A stretch of 64,000 nt of DNA from Armatimonadota bacterium (GCA_041690135.1 JAWLHY010000001.1:32001-96000); one strand, 5' to 3'; counted from the stretch's first letter, positions 1 to 9,635 are shown. Translations and numbers: made by a program. The notes: generated by a model from the letters alone, not told the origin.

Positions 1-598
1 TGTCGGCCGCGCCCCGGGTCCATTCCTTCGGCGTATAAGCCCGGTTGTACAGCGTCTTCCCGTTCCGGAAGATGATCACGGTCACCGCCGCATCGGCAGC
101 AATCTGGTAGCCGGGAGGCCCCACCGGGTCTCCCAGCACGGAGATGGGGATTGCGGTCGCCTGGTTCGCCTTTGCGAACTGGCGGGCCTGATTTTCCAGC
201 GCGGTCTCGGAAGCGGTACTGTCCTCTCCCAGGAAGACGAACCAGCCGAACAGCTTCACGGGCACGCTCGCGGCCCCGGCTTTGCCGCCCGCCTGCGCCA
301 GTTCCCGCTGGTTCTCCCGAACCGCATCGCGCAGGTCCGTCAGCAGCCGGGCCGTCGGCTCGTCCATCTTGCGGGCAAATACCAGCACCGCCAGCTCATC
401 CTTCATCTCACAGACGTAACAGTGCTGCTTGCCGCTGTGCGGCCCCGTTACGAGGTTGCTGGTGAAAGGGAGGGGCCGCTCACCCAACTGCGGCCCGGAC
501 TTCAGGTCCGCGGCAAAGGCAGTCGCAGTAGGCATCCCAGCCAGCGCCCATCCCGATAGGGCCAGCAGATTGCGGCGAGACACACAGATATCCTTCAT
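1..598 (-). CDS. Tat-signal, CxxC-containing thioredoxin-like secreted protein (partial, runs off left edge)
   Basis: Not in the ORF track. Manual translation from ATG at 598: MKDICVSRRNLLALSGWALAGMPTATAFAADLKSGPQLGERPLPFTSNLVTGPHSGKQHCYVCEMKDELAVLVFARK..., open to the window edge. Twin-arginine SRRNLL, CYVC motif, and ATGA overlap with the stop of the upstream TPR gene. Confidence 0.7.
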   Translation of the reverse strand, partial: MKDICVSRRNLLALSGWALAGMPTATAFAADLKSGPQLGERPLPFTSNLVTGPHSGKQHCYVCEMKDELAVLVFARKMDEPTARLLTDLRDAVRENQRELAQAGGKAGAASVPVKLFGWFVFLGEDSTASETALENQARQFAKANQATAIPISVLGDPVGPPGYQIAADAAVTVIIFRNGKTLYNRAYTPKEWTRGAAD

Positions 599-2649
599 TT
601 CGCTACCCCTACATTCGCGGCGACCGAGCCGGACGCCAGCCTTCGCAAACGCTCCAGGTGCAACTCCCGCATGCCGGGGTCCGCACCCTTCCAGATGGCC
701 GCGGCCCGGGCGGCATAGTGGTCCGCCATCTGCCGGTCGCCACGCCGTTCCCACACCACCTGCATTCCCAGCGCGCCCAGGATGCTGCCGTGTTCGTGCG
801 CCAGCGCCTCGTGGTAAGCCTCTTCCGCTTCATCCCAGCGGTGCCCGCGCAGGGCCGTTTCGCCCCAGACTTCCAGCACGTAGCTGCCGCCGCCCCAGGC
901 ATGCAGTCCGGGATCCTTCACCGCTTTCGCCGCCGCCTCGCGCAACAGCTTCAGGCCTTCGTCCACCTGGCCGCTCTGAACGAGGAAGCGCCCTTTCACC
1001 TCGTTGTAGCGATAGACGTTTGAGGGATTCTTTTTCCAGTCTTGCTCCACCCGCTCCAGCAGCGGTTTGGCGGCCTCGAGGTTGCCGCGGTTCAATTCCA
1101 CGATCGCCCCGATATAGAAGGACTCCGGCGTGTTATTCTTCCGGCGCTCTTCAACCCAGGCAGCCAGCGCGTCCATGTCCCCCTTCAACTGGAGGAGGCG
1201 CGCCCAGGGAAGACCATTGCGGTAGGCCTTCGGCTCGCTCTCCGCTTCTTTGAAGCGGCCCTCGTGTGCCAGCGCCCGGATCATCGTGTCGATGTGGTGG
1301 GAGGGGTCCAGTTCCGGAAAGCCTTCCAACGACTTCTTGCGGGAGGTCCGGGTGCAATCGATCGCCTCCTCCCAGCGGCCGACGCGCATGGCCAGGTGGG
1401 CCTGCATGTGGTTGGCATGCGGCATGTTGGGCGCGGAATTGCGATAGCCCCAGGTGTAGGGCCAGCCGAGGGCGGGCCGGTCTACCGACTCGTAGGAGTG
1501 AACCAGCTCGTGGTTGGGCGAAGGGTGCTCCGGCTGGATCTTGTGAGCGGCAAGCTGGTAGGGGATCGCCATCAGGCTGGTCCCGTGCGCCTTGCCGCGC
1601 CATACCCACAGCTCCACGTCCTCCGGATAGGCGGCGATAGCGCCTTCCAACGCATCCAAAAACGCCTCCCGCTTGTCCTTGGTCAACTCCAGCACACGAG
1701 CCGCGGCCATCCGGCGCTCCTTGTCGGTCCCCTTCTTCTGCACCAGCTCCAGCGCCCGGTTGGCGGCATCGAGCGGCTTGATCGGGTCCCCGTTGTTCGC
1801 CGCGAGGCTCAAGCCCCAGTAGGCCATTCCGCACTCCGGGTCGAGGTTGGCGGCGTGCTGGAAGTTGACGAAGGCGCCGTTCTTCACCCGACGAGGGGTG
1901 ACATAGGAATGCCAGCAGCGAAGCCCCTGCTCGTAATAGGCCTGCGCCTGCGGCTGAGCAGTCGTGATCGGATGGGAAAGTTTACCCAGGCCCTCGAAAA
2001 GCTGGGGCGTGTAAGGCGCGGGCTCCACCGGCTTGGTGGGCGCGGGCTTCACGTCCGGCACCGGCGGAGCCACGGGCTTCCACACGGTTCCCAGCGGATG
2101 GTCCGGCTGGAAGCGGAGGGCTCCCAGGTAGAAGGGCGTCGCCCGGAGCGGGTTCGGCATCACATCGCCCTTGAGGATCCAGACCTCCGGGTCCTCGAAG
2201 TGGATGCTGAGAGCGGTATCCAGGTCCCGGCGCACCTGGTCCAGCGACTTCTTCCGCTCCGCTTCCGGCTCGCCCTGGGCTTTGAGGTAACGGTGCCAGG
2301 CCGCAATCAGCTTCTGCTCGCGGTCGTCCGCCCCCGGCGCCAGTTTTTCCGCTTCTGCCGCTTCGAGGAGCGCTTCCGGTGTCTTCCCGGACTTGTGCAG
2401 TGCACGGCTCAGTCCCCAATGTGCCATCGCGCAGGTCTGGTCCCGCTTGAGCGCGGCGCGGAACTGCTTGATCGCCTGCTCCATGCGCCCCAGGTGATAA
2501 TCTTTCAGCGCCTCCTGGTACGTCCGGCTCACCTTCGGAGAAGTACAGGTGATCTGGTGCGGGGGAGGGGGAGCCTCCGGAGCCGCGGCCAACCCGCTTC
2601 CCAGGCTGAGAAGCAGGAGTGATGTGGTCACCACGTGAGAAGCTCGCAT
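595..2649 (-). CDS. Secreted tetratricopeptide-repeat (TPR) protein
   Basis: 684-aa ORF with N-terminal signal peptide and many TPR-like helices; internally repeated motifs CAMAHWGLS and CGMAYWGLS. Confidence 0.75.
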   Translation of the reverse strand: MRASHVVTTSLLLLSLGSGLAAAPEAPPPPHQITCTSPKVSRTYQEALKDYHLGRMEQAIKQFRAALKRDQTCAMAHWGLSRALHKSGKTPEALLEAAEAEKLAPGADDREQKLIAAWHRYLKAQGEPEAERKKSLDQVRRDLDTALSIHFEDPEVWILKGDVMPNPLRATPFYLGALRFQPDHPLGTVWKPVAPPVPDVKPAPTKPVEPAPYTPQLFEGLGKLSHPITTAQPQAQAYYEQGLRCWHSYVTPRRVKNGAFVNFQHAANLDPECGMAYWGLSLAANNGDPIKPLDAANRALELVQKKGTDKERRMAAARVLELTKDKREAFLDALEGAIAAYPEDVELWVWRGKAHGTSLMAIPYQLAAHKIQPEHPSPNHELVHSYESVDRPALGWPYTWGYRNSAPNMPHANHMQAHLAMRVGRWEEAIDCTRTSRKKSLEGFPELDPSHHIDTMIRALAHEGRFKEAESEPKAYRNGLPWARLLQLKGDMDALAAWVEERRKNNTPESFYIGAIVELNRGNLEAAKPLLERVEQDWKKNPSNVYRYNEVKGRFLVQSGQVDEGLKLLREAAAKAVKDPGLHAWGGGSYVLEVWGETALRGHRWDEAEEAYHEALAHEHGSILGALGMQVVWERRGDRQMADHYAARAAAIWKGADPGMRELHLERLRRLASGSVAANVGVAK

Positions 2650-2910
2650 CCAGGTCCTCCGGAGGGGCGCCGGTTTGTCCCTTGACGGACAGGCGCGCGA
2701 AAATCCTACCTTCTACTACGAACAGACGCGGCCATTCCCCTTCCGGTCATCCGGTTTCGGGAGAACTCTGCGGAATCCCTAACCGCATCCGCGTTCAATC
2801 GGGCCGTGCCCAATTCCGGGACGCCTTGAAACAGGGAATCTGTTGCCCCCGCGCGGAACGTGATCGGGAGCGCGGGCCGTCCAACCGCTCCCTCTTACCG
2901 GAGAGAACCC

Positions 2911-3447
2911 ATGGCAAAACCGTTTCGCGAGTTGACGGACTACCTGGTCGCATTGGGGACCGACCGGGTCGAGCACAGCGGCGGGGCGTTCCTCGCCCAC
3001 CTGATCGGGGTCTACCGCGACCTGAAGGAATGGGGCTGCGACGAGGACCTGGCGCTGGCAGGCCTGTTCCACTCCATCTACGGCACCGAAGTGTTCCAGA
3101 GCTTCAAGGTCCCGCTGGACCGGAGAGAGGAGATTCGGGACCTAATCGGCGAGCGTGCGGAGCGGCTGGCCTACGCCAACTGCGCGCTGACCCGGGAATC
3201 GCTGGATGCTTCCATGGCCTCGGGCGGTCCGCCGCGCCTGTGGGATCGCTTTGAGAACACTCCTCTACCCCTCTCGGAGGAGGAGTTTACCCGCCTGATC
3301 ACGCTACACCTCTGCGACCGCCTGGAACAGGTCGAACGGAGCGGCAACTGGGAGGTGCGGCGCCAGGCATGGGAACAGATGGCTCGCCGCCTCGGAGGCA
3401 TCGCCTTCGAGAACTGGCAGCAGGTGTTCAGCCGTGCACCCCAGTAA
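2911..3447 (+). CDS. DUF6817-like HD-type domain protein
   Basis: HSGGAFLAHLIGV...AGLFHSIYGTE motif. ATG at 2911 follows a GGAGAG RBS. Confidence 0.7.
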   Translation: MAKPFRELTDYLVALGTDRVEHSGGAFLAHLIGVYRDLKEWGCDEDLALAGLFHSIYGTEVFQSFKVPLDRREEIRDLIGERAERLAYANCALTRESLDASMASGGPPRLWDRFENTPLPLSEEEFTRLITLHLCDRLEQVERSGNWEVRRQAWEQMARRLGGIAFENWQQVFSRAPQ

Positions 3448-3490
3448 AGACTCTTCCGCCATTCGAACGATCGCTCTCAGGAAACCACCC

Positions 3491-4489
3491 ATGCGCCCCG
3501 TAATTCTCCTGACCTCTTTGCTGCTCGTCACGCTCGGCACCGGCGCCCTCCCACTCCCCAAAGTACTGGCCCAGCGCCAAAAGTCGCCGGTGCGCATCCT
3601 CTTCGATACCGACATCGGCCCCGACGTGGACGACGTGGGGACGGCCGCCGTGCTGCACGCCCTGGCGAATCGCGGGGAGGCGCGCATCCTGGGAATGGCC
3701 TGTTGCACCTCCAATGAGTGGGGCGCTCCGTGTCTCGACGCCCTGAACACGTACTTCGGGCGGCCCGATCTTCCGATCGGCACCTTTAAGGGCTCCGGCT
3801 TTCTCCCGGACTCGAAGTACGCCCGCGGCGTCGCGGAGGAGTTTCCCAACGATCTGCGCAGCGGCAAGAACGCTCCCGACGCCACCGAGCTGTACCGGCG
3901 CCTGCTGGCCAGGGCGAAAGACGGAAGCGTGGTATTCTGCGCCACCGGCCCCCTCAACAACCTCGCCCGCCTGCTCGACTCGCCCCCTGATAAGGTGAGC
4001 CGTCACTCCGGGCTGGAGCTGGTGCGCCGGAAGGTGAAGCATCTCTCGGTGATGGGCGGGAGGTACCCGGAAGGGAAGGAGTGGAACTTCGAGCAGGACC
4101 CGGCCGCCGCCGCCCGCGTGGCCTCGGCCTGGCCGACCCCCATCCTCTTCAGCGGCTTCGAGATCGGGGCGCGGGTCAAGACCGGAGCCCGGCAGGAGGC
4201 GGAAGCGCCGCAGGAGAGCCCGGTCCGGCGTGCCTACGCCCTTTACATCGGCGCCGGCAAGGACCGGGAGAGCTGGGACCAGACCGCCCTGCTGGCCGCG
4301 GTGCAGGGTGGGGAAGTCCACTGGTCGGTCCGTTCCGGCGGCACGGTGTCGATCGACCCGAAGACCGGCTACAGCCGCTGGACCCCAGACGCCACAGGGA
4401 AACACAGCTACCTCGTCGAGCGCGACCCCGTGGAGAACGTGAAGAAGGTCATTGATGATCTGATGCTGGCGCTTCCCGTCAAGCGATGA
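3491..4489 (+). CDS. Secreted nucleoside hydrolase family protein (inosine-uridine preferring type)
   Basis: DTDIGPDVDD motif, TGPLNNLA, MGG...EWNF and SWD motifs; signal peptide MRPVILLTSLLLVTLG. Confidence 0.8.
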   Translation: MRPVILLTSLLLVTLGTGALPLPKVLAQRQKSPVRILFDTDIGPDVDDVGTAAVLHALANRGEARILGMACCTSNEWGAPCLDALNTYFGRPDLPIGTFKGSGFLPDSKYARGVAEEFPNDLRSGKNAPDATELYRRLLARAKDGSVVFCATGPLNNLARLLDSPPDKVSRHSGLELVRRKVKHLSVMGGRYPEGKEWNFEQDPAAAARVASAWPTPILFSGFEIGARVKTGARQEAEAPQESPVRRAYALYIGAGKDRESWDQTALLAAVQGGEVHWSVRSGGTVSIDPKTGYSRWTPDATGKHSYLVERDPVENVKKVIDDLMLALPVKR

Positions 4490-4509
4490 CCGCAAGGGCG
4501 AGGTGAACG

Positions 4510-5598
4510 ATGGCGGACGATCCACCCAATTCGGGATCCCCACATTCGGGTCGGCCCAGCCGGGAGGTCATCCGGGAGTTCACGGACCGCGGTGTCCTCT
4601 GGCTCCTGGAGGACCCGACCAACACCGGCGAGCTGCTGCGCATCATCGAACCGGAGTTAGCGGCGCATCTGGACTTTCGACGGGCGCAGCGAGTCAATCG
4701 AAGCCTGATCCCCGCGGACTTGCAAAAGCGGGAAAGCGATCTGATCTTTTCCGTGCCCTATCGGGAGCCCTCCCCGAACGGTGAGGAGGTGATCTGGATC
4801 TATTTACTGCTGGAGCACCAGTCCAAGCGGGACCCCGAAATGGCCCTGCGGATCCTGAGCTACATGGTGCAACTCTGGGAGCTTCAGCGCCGAGCCTGGA
4901 CAGACCAGCGGACTCCACGGCGAGAGCGCCGCCTTCATCCCGTAATCCCGCTGGTGTTCTACACGGGCGAACCCGCCTGGAAGGGACCCATTACCCTCGC
5001 GGATCTGATGCGCCTCCCGCCGGAACTCCAGAGGTTCGTCCCTGCCTGGGAGACGCTGGCGCTGAACCTGAAGAGAACGGAACCGGAGGATCTGGTCCGC
5101 TTCGCTTCCGCCGTAGGCTGGGCACTGCGGGTCCTGCAGGAAGAGCGAACTTCTTTCGAGCGCTTCGAGAGCGTGGTCCGCCAATCGCTCGGCCAACTGG
5201 AACGCTTGACAGAGGAGCAGACCGGACAGTGGATTCGGGCGGTGTGGTTTATACTGCTTACGGGTTTCCACCGGCGAGAACACGACGAGTATAATACTCT
5301 TGAATCAGAAATTCGAGCCTGGGCGGCTCAATCCAAGTTCTTCAACCAGGAAGAGGTCGAGGTTATGGCACTTACCATGGCACAGGAAGTTGAGGCTCGT
5401 GGCGAGGCTCGTGGCGAGGCTCGTGGCGAGGCCCGAGCTGTTCAGAGGCTCTTGATCCGCCTGCTTGAAAGTCGTTTCGGAGCATTGCCGTTGCCGGTTC
5501 GAACCGCCATCAGTGATGCGGAGACGGCGGACCTCAATGCTTGGTATGAGCGGGCACTGCAAGCCGCAAGTCTCGAGGAAGTTGGGATCCTGCACTGA
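4510..5598 (+). CDS. Rpn family recombination-promoting nuclease / putative transposase (Transposase_31-like)
   Basis: RESDLIFSV...YLLLEHQS..DPEMALRILSYM...PVIPLVFYTG motifs; C-terminal (EARG)n repeat followed by an LLESRFG...W DUF4351-like tail. Confidence 0.85.
   Translation: MADDPPNSGSPHSGRPSREVIREFTDRGVLWLLEDPTNTGELLRIIEPELAAHLDFRRAQRVNRSLIPADLQKRESDLIFSVPYREPSPNGEEVIWIYLLLEHQSKRDPEMALRILSYMVQLWELQRRAWTDQRTPRRERRLHPVIPLVFYTGEPAWKGPITLADLMRLPPELQRFVPAWETLALNLKRTEPEDLVRFASAVGWALRVLQEERTSFERFESVVRQSLGQLERLTEEQTGQWIRAVWFILLTGFHRREHDEYNTLESEIRAWAAQSKFFNQEEVEVMALTMAQEVEARGEARGEARGEARAVQRLLIRLLESRFGALPLPVRTAISDAETADLNAWYERALQAASLEEVGILH
5392..5432 (+). repeat. 12-bp tandem repeat GAGGCTCGTGGC x3 plus partial (encodes EARG repeats)
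   Basis: Three perfect copies at 5392-5427, read directly. Confidence 0.9.
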
Positions 5599-5643
5599 TC
5601 CGGCGGTGCATCCTCGCGAGTTCACCTTTTGAACAGGCAAGAA

Positions 5644-5681
5644 TCGCGAAAGGGCCCGTCGTCCGGCGGGCCCTTTCGCGA
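5644..5681. terminator. Hairpin between convergent genes, probable bidirectional terminator
   Basis: TCGCGAAAGGGCCCG ... CGGGCCCTTTCGCGA, a perfect 15-bp stem. Confidence 0.7.
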
Positions 5682-5702
5682 CTCATCCCCAGCAGGATCC
5701 CA

Positions 5703-6986
5703 TCAGCCGACCAACTCTGGGATCGGCGAGGCGTCGTGGATCAGCGGTATGGGACGGGCCTGCTGATCCATGAAGACCGCCTCCGGATCGATGCCCAGCG
5801 CGTGATAGAGGGTGGCCACTACCTCGCGGACGCGGTATGGCTTGTCCTTTGCCTCGTGCGCGTCCGGGGTGGTGGAACCGATGGCCTGGCCCATCTTCAG
5901 GCCGCCTCCCGCGATCAGCACCGACATCACGGCGGGCCAGTGGTCGCGCCCGGCGGTGCCGTTGACGCGCGGCGTGCGGCCGAACTCACCCCACACCACA
6001 ATCAGCGTATCCTGCTCCCGGCCCCGGTCCTTCAGGTCGTCCATCAGGGCCGTCAGGCTCTGGTCGAGCGGCGGCATGATATTCCGGAGCTGCTTGAAGT
6101 TATCGCTGTGCGTATCCCAACCGCCGACCTCGATGGCGACGCACTGCACCCCGGCCTCGATCAAGCGGCGCGCCCGCAGGAAATGCTCGTAGGGGTAGCG
6201 CTTGCGGGTCTTCTCATCTTCCCTGGAGATGTCGAGCGCCGTGTAGGTCGCGCTGGAGCTGACCAGCTCGAGTGCCCGCTGCGCGAAGACGCTCTGGGCC
6301 TCGACCGCACCACTCTCCACCGTCGCACGAAACCGGTTGACCTTGTCCAGCAGCTTACGCCGGCCGTTCAGGCGGTCCGTGCTCACCTGCAGGCGTAGAT
6401 CCTCGCGGCCCGGCCCCTCGTAGACATACGGCTCGGTCTGCGTGCCCAGGTGTGCCCCTCCCAGGCCGGTTTCGTAGTTGTAGCCCCGCAGGCTGACATA
6501 GGGAGGCACCAGGGACTCCGGTTTTCCCCGCAGCCGCGCCAGCACGGAGCCGATACACGGCTTGTCTCCCTGGGCGCGACGCTCCGTGAAGCCGTAACCG
6601 GTGCACATCAACGAGGAGGCATGCTCCTCCGGCAGCACCCGGTGGACGGAGCGCAGCACGGCCAGGCGGTCCATCCGCTGCGCTTGGAGGGGGAACAGCT
6701 CGCACATCTGTACCCCGGGCACGTTGGTGTCGATCGCCTTGAACTCGCCGCGGATCTCGACCGGCGCTTCCGGTTTGGGGTCGTAAGTATCCACGTGGGA
6801 GGGCCCTCCACCCAGGTGGATCATCACGATCGAAGTGGCCTTACCCCGTGCAGGCGCCGCTTCGGCGCGGAGCTGCAGCAGGTTCGGGAGGGAAAGACCG
6901 GCGATACCGAGTGTGCCGATCCGGAGCGCGTCGCGCCGGGTAACTCCACGGCACAACCGGTAGGACTGCCCTTGAAGGGTGATCAC
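5703..6986 (-). CDS. DUF1501 domain protein
   Basis: TRRDALRIG Tat-like signal, GGPSHVDTYDPKP, GWDTH, WGEFGRTP and GRDHW motifs. Confidence 0.85.
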   Translation of the reverse strand: MITLQGQSYRLCRGVTRRDALRIGTLGIAGLSLPNLLQLRAEAAPARGKATSIVMIHLGGGPSHVDTYDPKPEAPVEIRGEFKAIDTNVPGVQMCELFPLQAQRMDRLAVLRSVHRVLPEEHASSLMCTGYGFTERRAQGDKPCIGSVLARLRGKPESLVPPYVSLRGYNYETGLGGAHLGTQTEPYVYEGPGREDLRLQVSTDRLNGRRKLLDKVNRFRATVESGAVEAQSVFAQRALELVSSSATYTALDISREDEKTRKRYPYEHFLRARRLIEAGVQCVAIEVGGWDTHSDNFKQLRNIMPPLDQSLTALMDDLKDRGREQDTLIVVWGEFGRTPRVNGTAGRDHWPAVMSVLIAGGGLKMGQAIGSTTPDAHEAKDKPYRVREVVATLYHALGIDPEAVFMDQQARPIPLIHDASPIPELVG

Positions 6987-7198
6987 GGATGTTGTCCCTC
7001 ATGCGGCGGCTCCCATCCGGCACCTGGCGGGACGCGTGGAACCGCCGCCCACGTACCGCCCTTGCTCCTGATTTCGGGCGCGCGACCACGCGCGGCCCGA
7101 TTTGCAAGGTGCGACACGTTGAGAGACGGGGGGTTACGGGATTCCGACCTCGGATTGCGGAGAAACTCGCAGGATAAGGAGCATCCTGCCGAACGGCT

Positions 7199-7585
7199 TC
7201 ACTCCACGGCCGCGCCGACCGACGCAGGCTGCTGGGCTCGGCAGGCCGCCACTTCCGCCTGCATCCATTCTTCTCCCCAACGGGCGAGACTTTCGATCAC
7301 CTCGTTCAGGGCTCGTCCTTTTTCCGTGAGCTCGTACTCCACCCACGGCGGGATGGTGTGCTTGATTTCCCGGACCACGATCCCCTCTTCCTCCAGGGCG
7401 CGGAGACGGCAGCAGAGGGTTCTAGAACTCACGTTCCCCAGAGCGCGGCTCAACTCGTTGAAACGCTTTCGACCTTCCATCAATTCCCGCAGGATGTGGA
7501 GCGTCCACTTCCCATTGAGCAAATCCATCGTAGCCGCCACGGGGCAGTAAATGCCGTTCTCCGCCTTGGACGTGTCACAGGACAT
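7199..7585 (-). CDS. HxlR-family winged-helix transcriptional regulator
   Basis: CPVAATMDLLNGKWTLHILREL...RFNEL...PPWVEYELTEKG; start moved to ATG at 7585. Confidence 0.88.
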   Translation of the reverse strand: MSCDTSKAENGIYCPVAATMDLLNGKWTLHILRELMEGRKRFNELSRALGNVSSRTLCCRLRALEEEGIVVREIKHTIPPWVEYELTEKGRALNEVIESLARWGEEWMQAEVAACRAQQPASVGAAVE

Positions 7586-7674
7586 ACTTCGAGCACCTCC
7601 ACCGGGTATTCTACCCCGTCTGCACGCACTCTGCCCATACACCAAAAAGGCAACTGGTTGCGCAACGCAGGCAC

Positions 7675-7704
7675 TTTACAAATGATACTGCTTTCCCCTA
7701 TAAT
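7675..7704 (+). promoter_or_regulatory. Candidate sigma70 promoter of the sigma-factor gene
   Basis: TTTACA-18 bp-TATAAT in an AT-rich patch, about 90 bp upstream of ATG 7796. Confidence 0.5.
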
Positions 7705-7795
7705 CTGACTGCCGGGGTGTCTTCCTGGCGGGCACGGTTTTCCGGGATCATCCCGGCCGACGCGCCCCAGGGTAGAGCCGGCAGCGGAGAACTAA

Positions 7796-8392
7796 ATGGC
7801 TGCGCCTTTGCGGAGTGAAGCAGAAGTCCATCGCCTGGTGAACGAGAACCGAAGACTCGTGGAATACATGGTCAACCGCTATCTGAAGCGGTACCACGTG
7901 GGTACGATGGAGCGTGACGACCTGGTGTCGTGGGGGATGATGGGCCTGATCAACGCGGCCCGCGCCTTCGACCCGAGCCGGAACGTTGCCTTCTCCACGC
8001 TGGCGTGTCGCGCCATCGAGCGGATGATCATCCGCGGCGTCAACCGCGAGTGGCATCCCGATCGGGAGCAGGTGACGGTGAGCCTCGACGAACTGATCCA
8101 CGGCGCCAACGGTGAGGGCGGAGACGACCGTTTCATCGACCAGTTGCCGGCGGACGAGAACGTTGAGAAGACGATGCTCCATACGGAGCAGGGGAGCGTC
8201 ATTGACGATGCTCTGAACACCCTCACGCCGGAACAGCGCGAGTTGATCGTCCGGCACTTTTTCGAGGGAGAGAGCGTGCAGGACATCGCGCGCAGCATGG
8301 GCATGAGCCGCCAGGGCGTCTATTCGCGCCAGAAGGCCATCTTCAAGCGGCTGCGGGAGACCCTGGACGACTCGCTGGCAATGGCTGCCTGA
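7796..8392 (+). CDS. Sigma-70 family RNA polymerase sigma factor (compact, regions 2 and 4; FliA/SigF-like region 2)
   Basis: NRRLVEYMV...DDLVSWGMMGLINAARAFDPSRNVAFST and C-terminal HTH (SVQDIARSMGMSRQGVYSRQ). Confidence 0.85.
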   Translation: MAAPLRSEAEVHRLVNENRRLVEYMVNRYLKRYHVGTMERDDLVSWGMMGLINAARAFDPSRNVAFSTLACRAIERMIIRGVNREWHPDREQVTVSLDELIHGANGEGGDDRFIDQLPADENVEKTMLHTEQGSVIDDALNTLTPEQRELIVRHFFEGESVQDIARSMGMSRQGVYSRQKAIFKRLRETLDDSLAMAA

Positions 8393-8443
8393 GAACGAGA
8401 AGAACTCCGGAGCCGGCATTGAGGTCGGCCCCGGTTTTATAGA

Positions 8444-8478
8444 ACAACCCCGGGTGAGAAGCTCTCGCCCGGGGTTGT
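8444..8478. terminator. Hairpin downstream of the sigma-factor gene
   Basis: ACAACCCCGGGTGAGA-agc-TCTCGCCCGGGGTTGT stem. Confidence 0.55.
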
Positions 8479-8505
8479 ATGCATTGGCCGTTGCGGGTGA
8501 ACGCA

Positions 8506-8540
8506 AACAGCCCCCGGAGAGAAGTCCTCCGGGGGCTGTT
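8506..8540. terminator. Second hairpin between the convergent genes
   Basis: AACAGCCCCCGGAG ... CTCCGGGGGCTGTT, 14-bp stem with A/T flanks on both sides. Confidence 0.65.
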
Positions 8541-8565
8541 CTTCGAGTCAGCTCTTGTGGACGGC

Positions 8566-9027
8566 TCAGTCTCGATACCGACGGCGAGACCAGTCGTCGT
8601 AGCGGTCGTAGTACCAGTAGCGATGGTCCCGATCGTACCGGTCGTACCGATCCCACCGGTCGCGGTTCCGGCGCAGGGCCCGGCGCAGGTCGGACCCCAC
8701 ATCGTTGAGATCGTCCTGGCGGCGCTCGAACTCCCGGCCATCCAGGTGGCGGTCATCCCGCAGGAAGTCGCGCACGTCGTCCAGCTTGCGGTAGAGACGA
8801 TTCGCTTCGCGGGGACCAATGTCCCGTTCCCGCTCCGCCAGGCGGATCCGGTCCGCGAGGTCGAACATTCGCATGCGCAAGAACTCCCGCCGGCGGATGT
8901 CGTCGCGATCGCGACCGCGATAATAGCGGAACTCCCGATATCGATCAGCCGCCTGTGCCGGCTGGACCGCAATCGTCCCTCCGACCCCCACCAGGGAAAG
9001 GGCGAGCCACAGGTGCTTCCATTTCAT
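8566..9027 (-). CDS. Secreted Arg/Asp-rich hypothetical protein
   Basis: Signal peptide MKWKHLWLALSLVGVGG...AQA; highly charged mature part with DRYDRYDR repeats; RBS-like GGAG upstream. Confidence 0.7.
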   Translation of the reverse strand: MKWKHLWLALSLVGVGGTIAVQPAQAADRYREFRYYRGRDRDDIRRREFLRMRMFDLADRIRLAERERDIGPREANRLYRKLDDVRDFLRDDRHLDGREFERRQDDLNDVGSDLRRALRRNRDRWDRYDRYDRDHRYWYYDRYDDWSRRRYRD

Positions 9028-9161
9028 TGCTGCTACTCCAGGTGCAAACAAACGGCATTTCCGGGTACTCTTGAACGGATCTTACCGGGCCGTTACTCAG
9101 AACGACCCACAAAACGTCTTGAGGTTCCCTGCAAACCGACCACCGAGGAACAGCCGCACCG

Positions 9162-9635
9162 ATGCACGATTTGGAACACTCGTCGCCCGTTCGCTCCGAA
9201 CAGGACCAGGAACAGCGACCGCTACCCCAATACCTTGATCTGAGCTTCATTCACCGCGTTTACCGCACGTCGGCCATCCTGGTGTTGGTCCTGGGTCTCC
9301 TCCTCTGGGAAAGTCTCGGCGGCCCGGCCGCGTTGGGGCTCCTGATCGGCGCGGCAGTGAGCCTGATGATGCTCGCCGCACTGGAGTGGGCGATCCGCCG
9401 CTTCATCTCGCCGGAAACGCGGTCGCCCGGAACGCTCCTGGCGGTTTCCGTACTGAAGCTGGTGGTGGCCGCCGGAATCCTGGTCGGTGCATTTCTGGCG
9501 GCCCAGCGAGGCTGGGTCTCCATCCTGTGGATCCTGGTCGGCTTTGCCATCCCGCACCTGGTCATCGTGTTGAAGCTGATCGGGCAGAAAGTTAATGAGG
9601 CGATCCGCTCCCCGGAATTATCGAGGAGGAACTGA
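9162..9635 (+). CDS. Four-TM membrane protein resembling ATP synthase protein I (AtpI-like)
   Basis: Four hydrophobic segments with the GLLIGAAVS...VLKLVV...LVGF pattern typical of the AtpI family; no atp operon nearby. Confidence 0.5.
   Translation: MHDLEHSSPVRSEQDQEQRPLPQYLDLSFIHRVYRTSAILVLVLGLLLWESLGGPAALGLLIGAAVSLMMLAALEWAIRRFISPETRSPGTLLAVSVLKLVVAAGILVGAFLAAQRGWVSILWILVGFAIPHLVIVLKLIGQKVNEAIRSPELSRRN

Noticed and set aside
1042-2622. Long antisense and alternative-frame ORFs (also 10405-11793, 14221-15777, 17120-19123, 25594-27129, 29842-31326, 38287-39786, 48948-50309)
   Set aside because: These are shadow ORFs expected in high-GC DNA. They overlap motif-supported genes and have Arg/Pro/Gly-rich, motif-free translations.
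4510-5598. Rpn gene as an active insertion sequence
   Set aside because: No terminal inverted repeats or target duplication are seen, and the family is not known to transpose.
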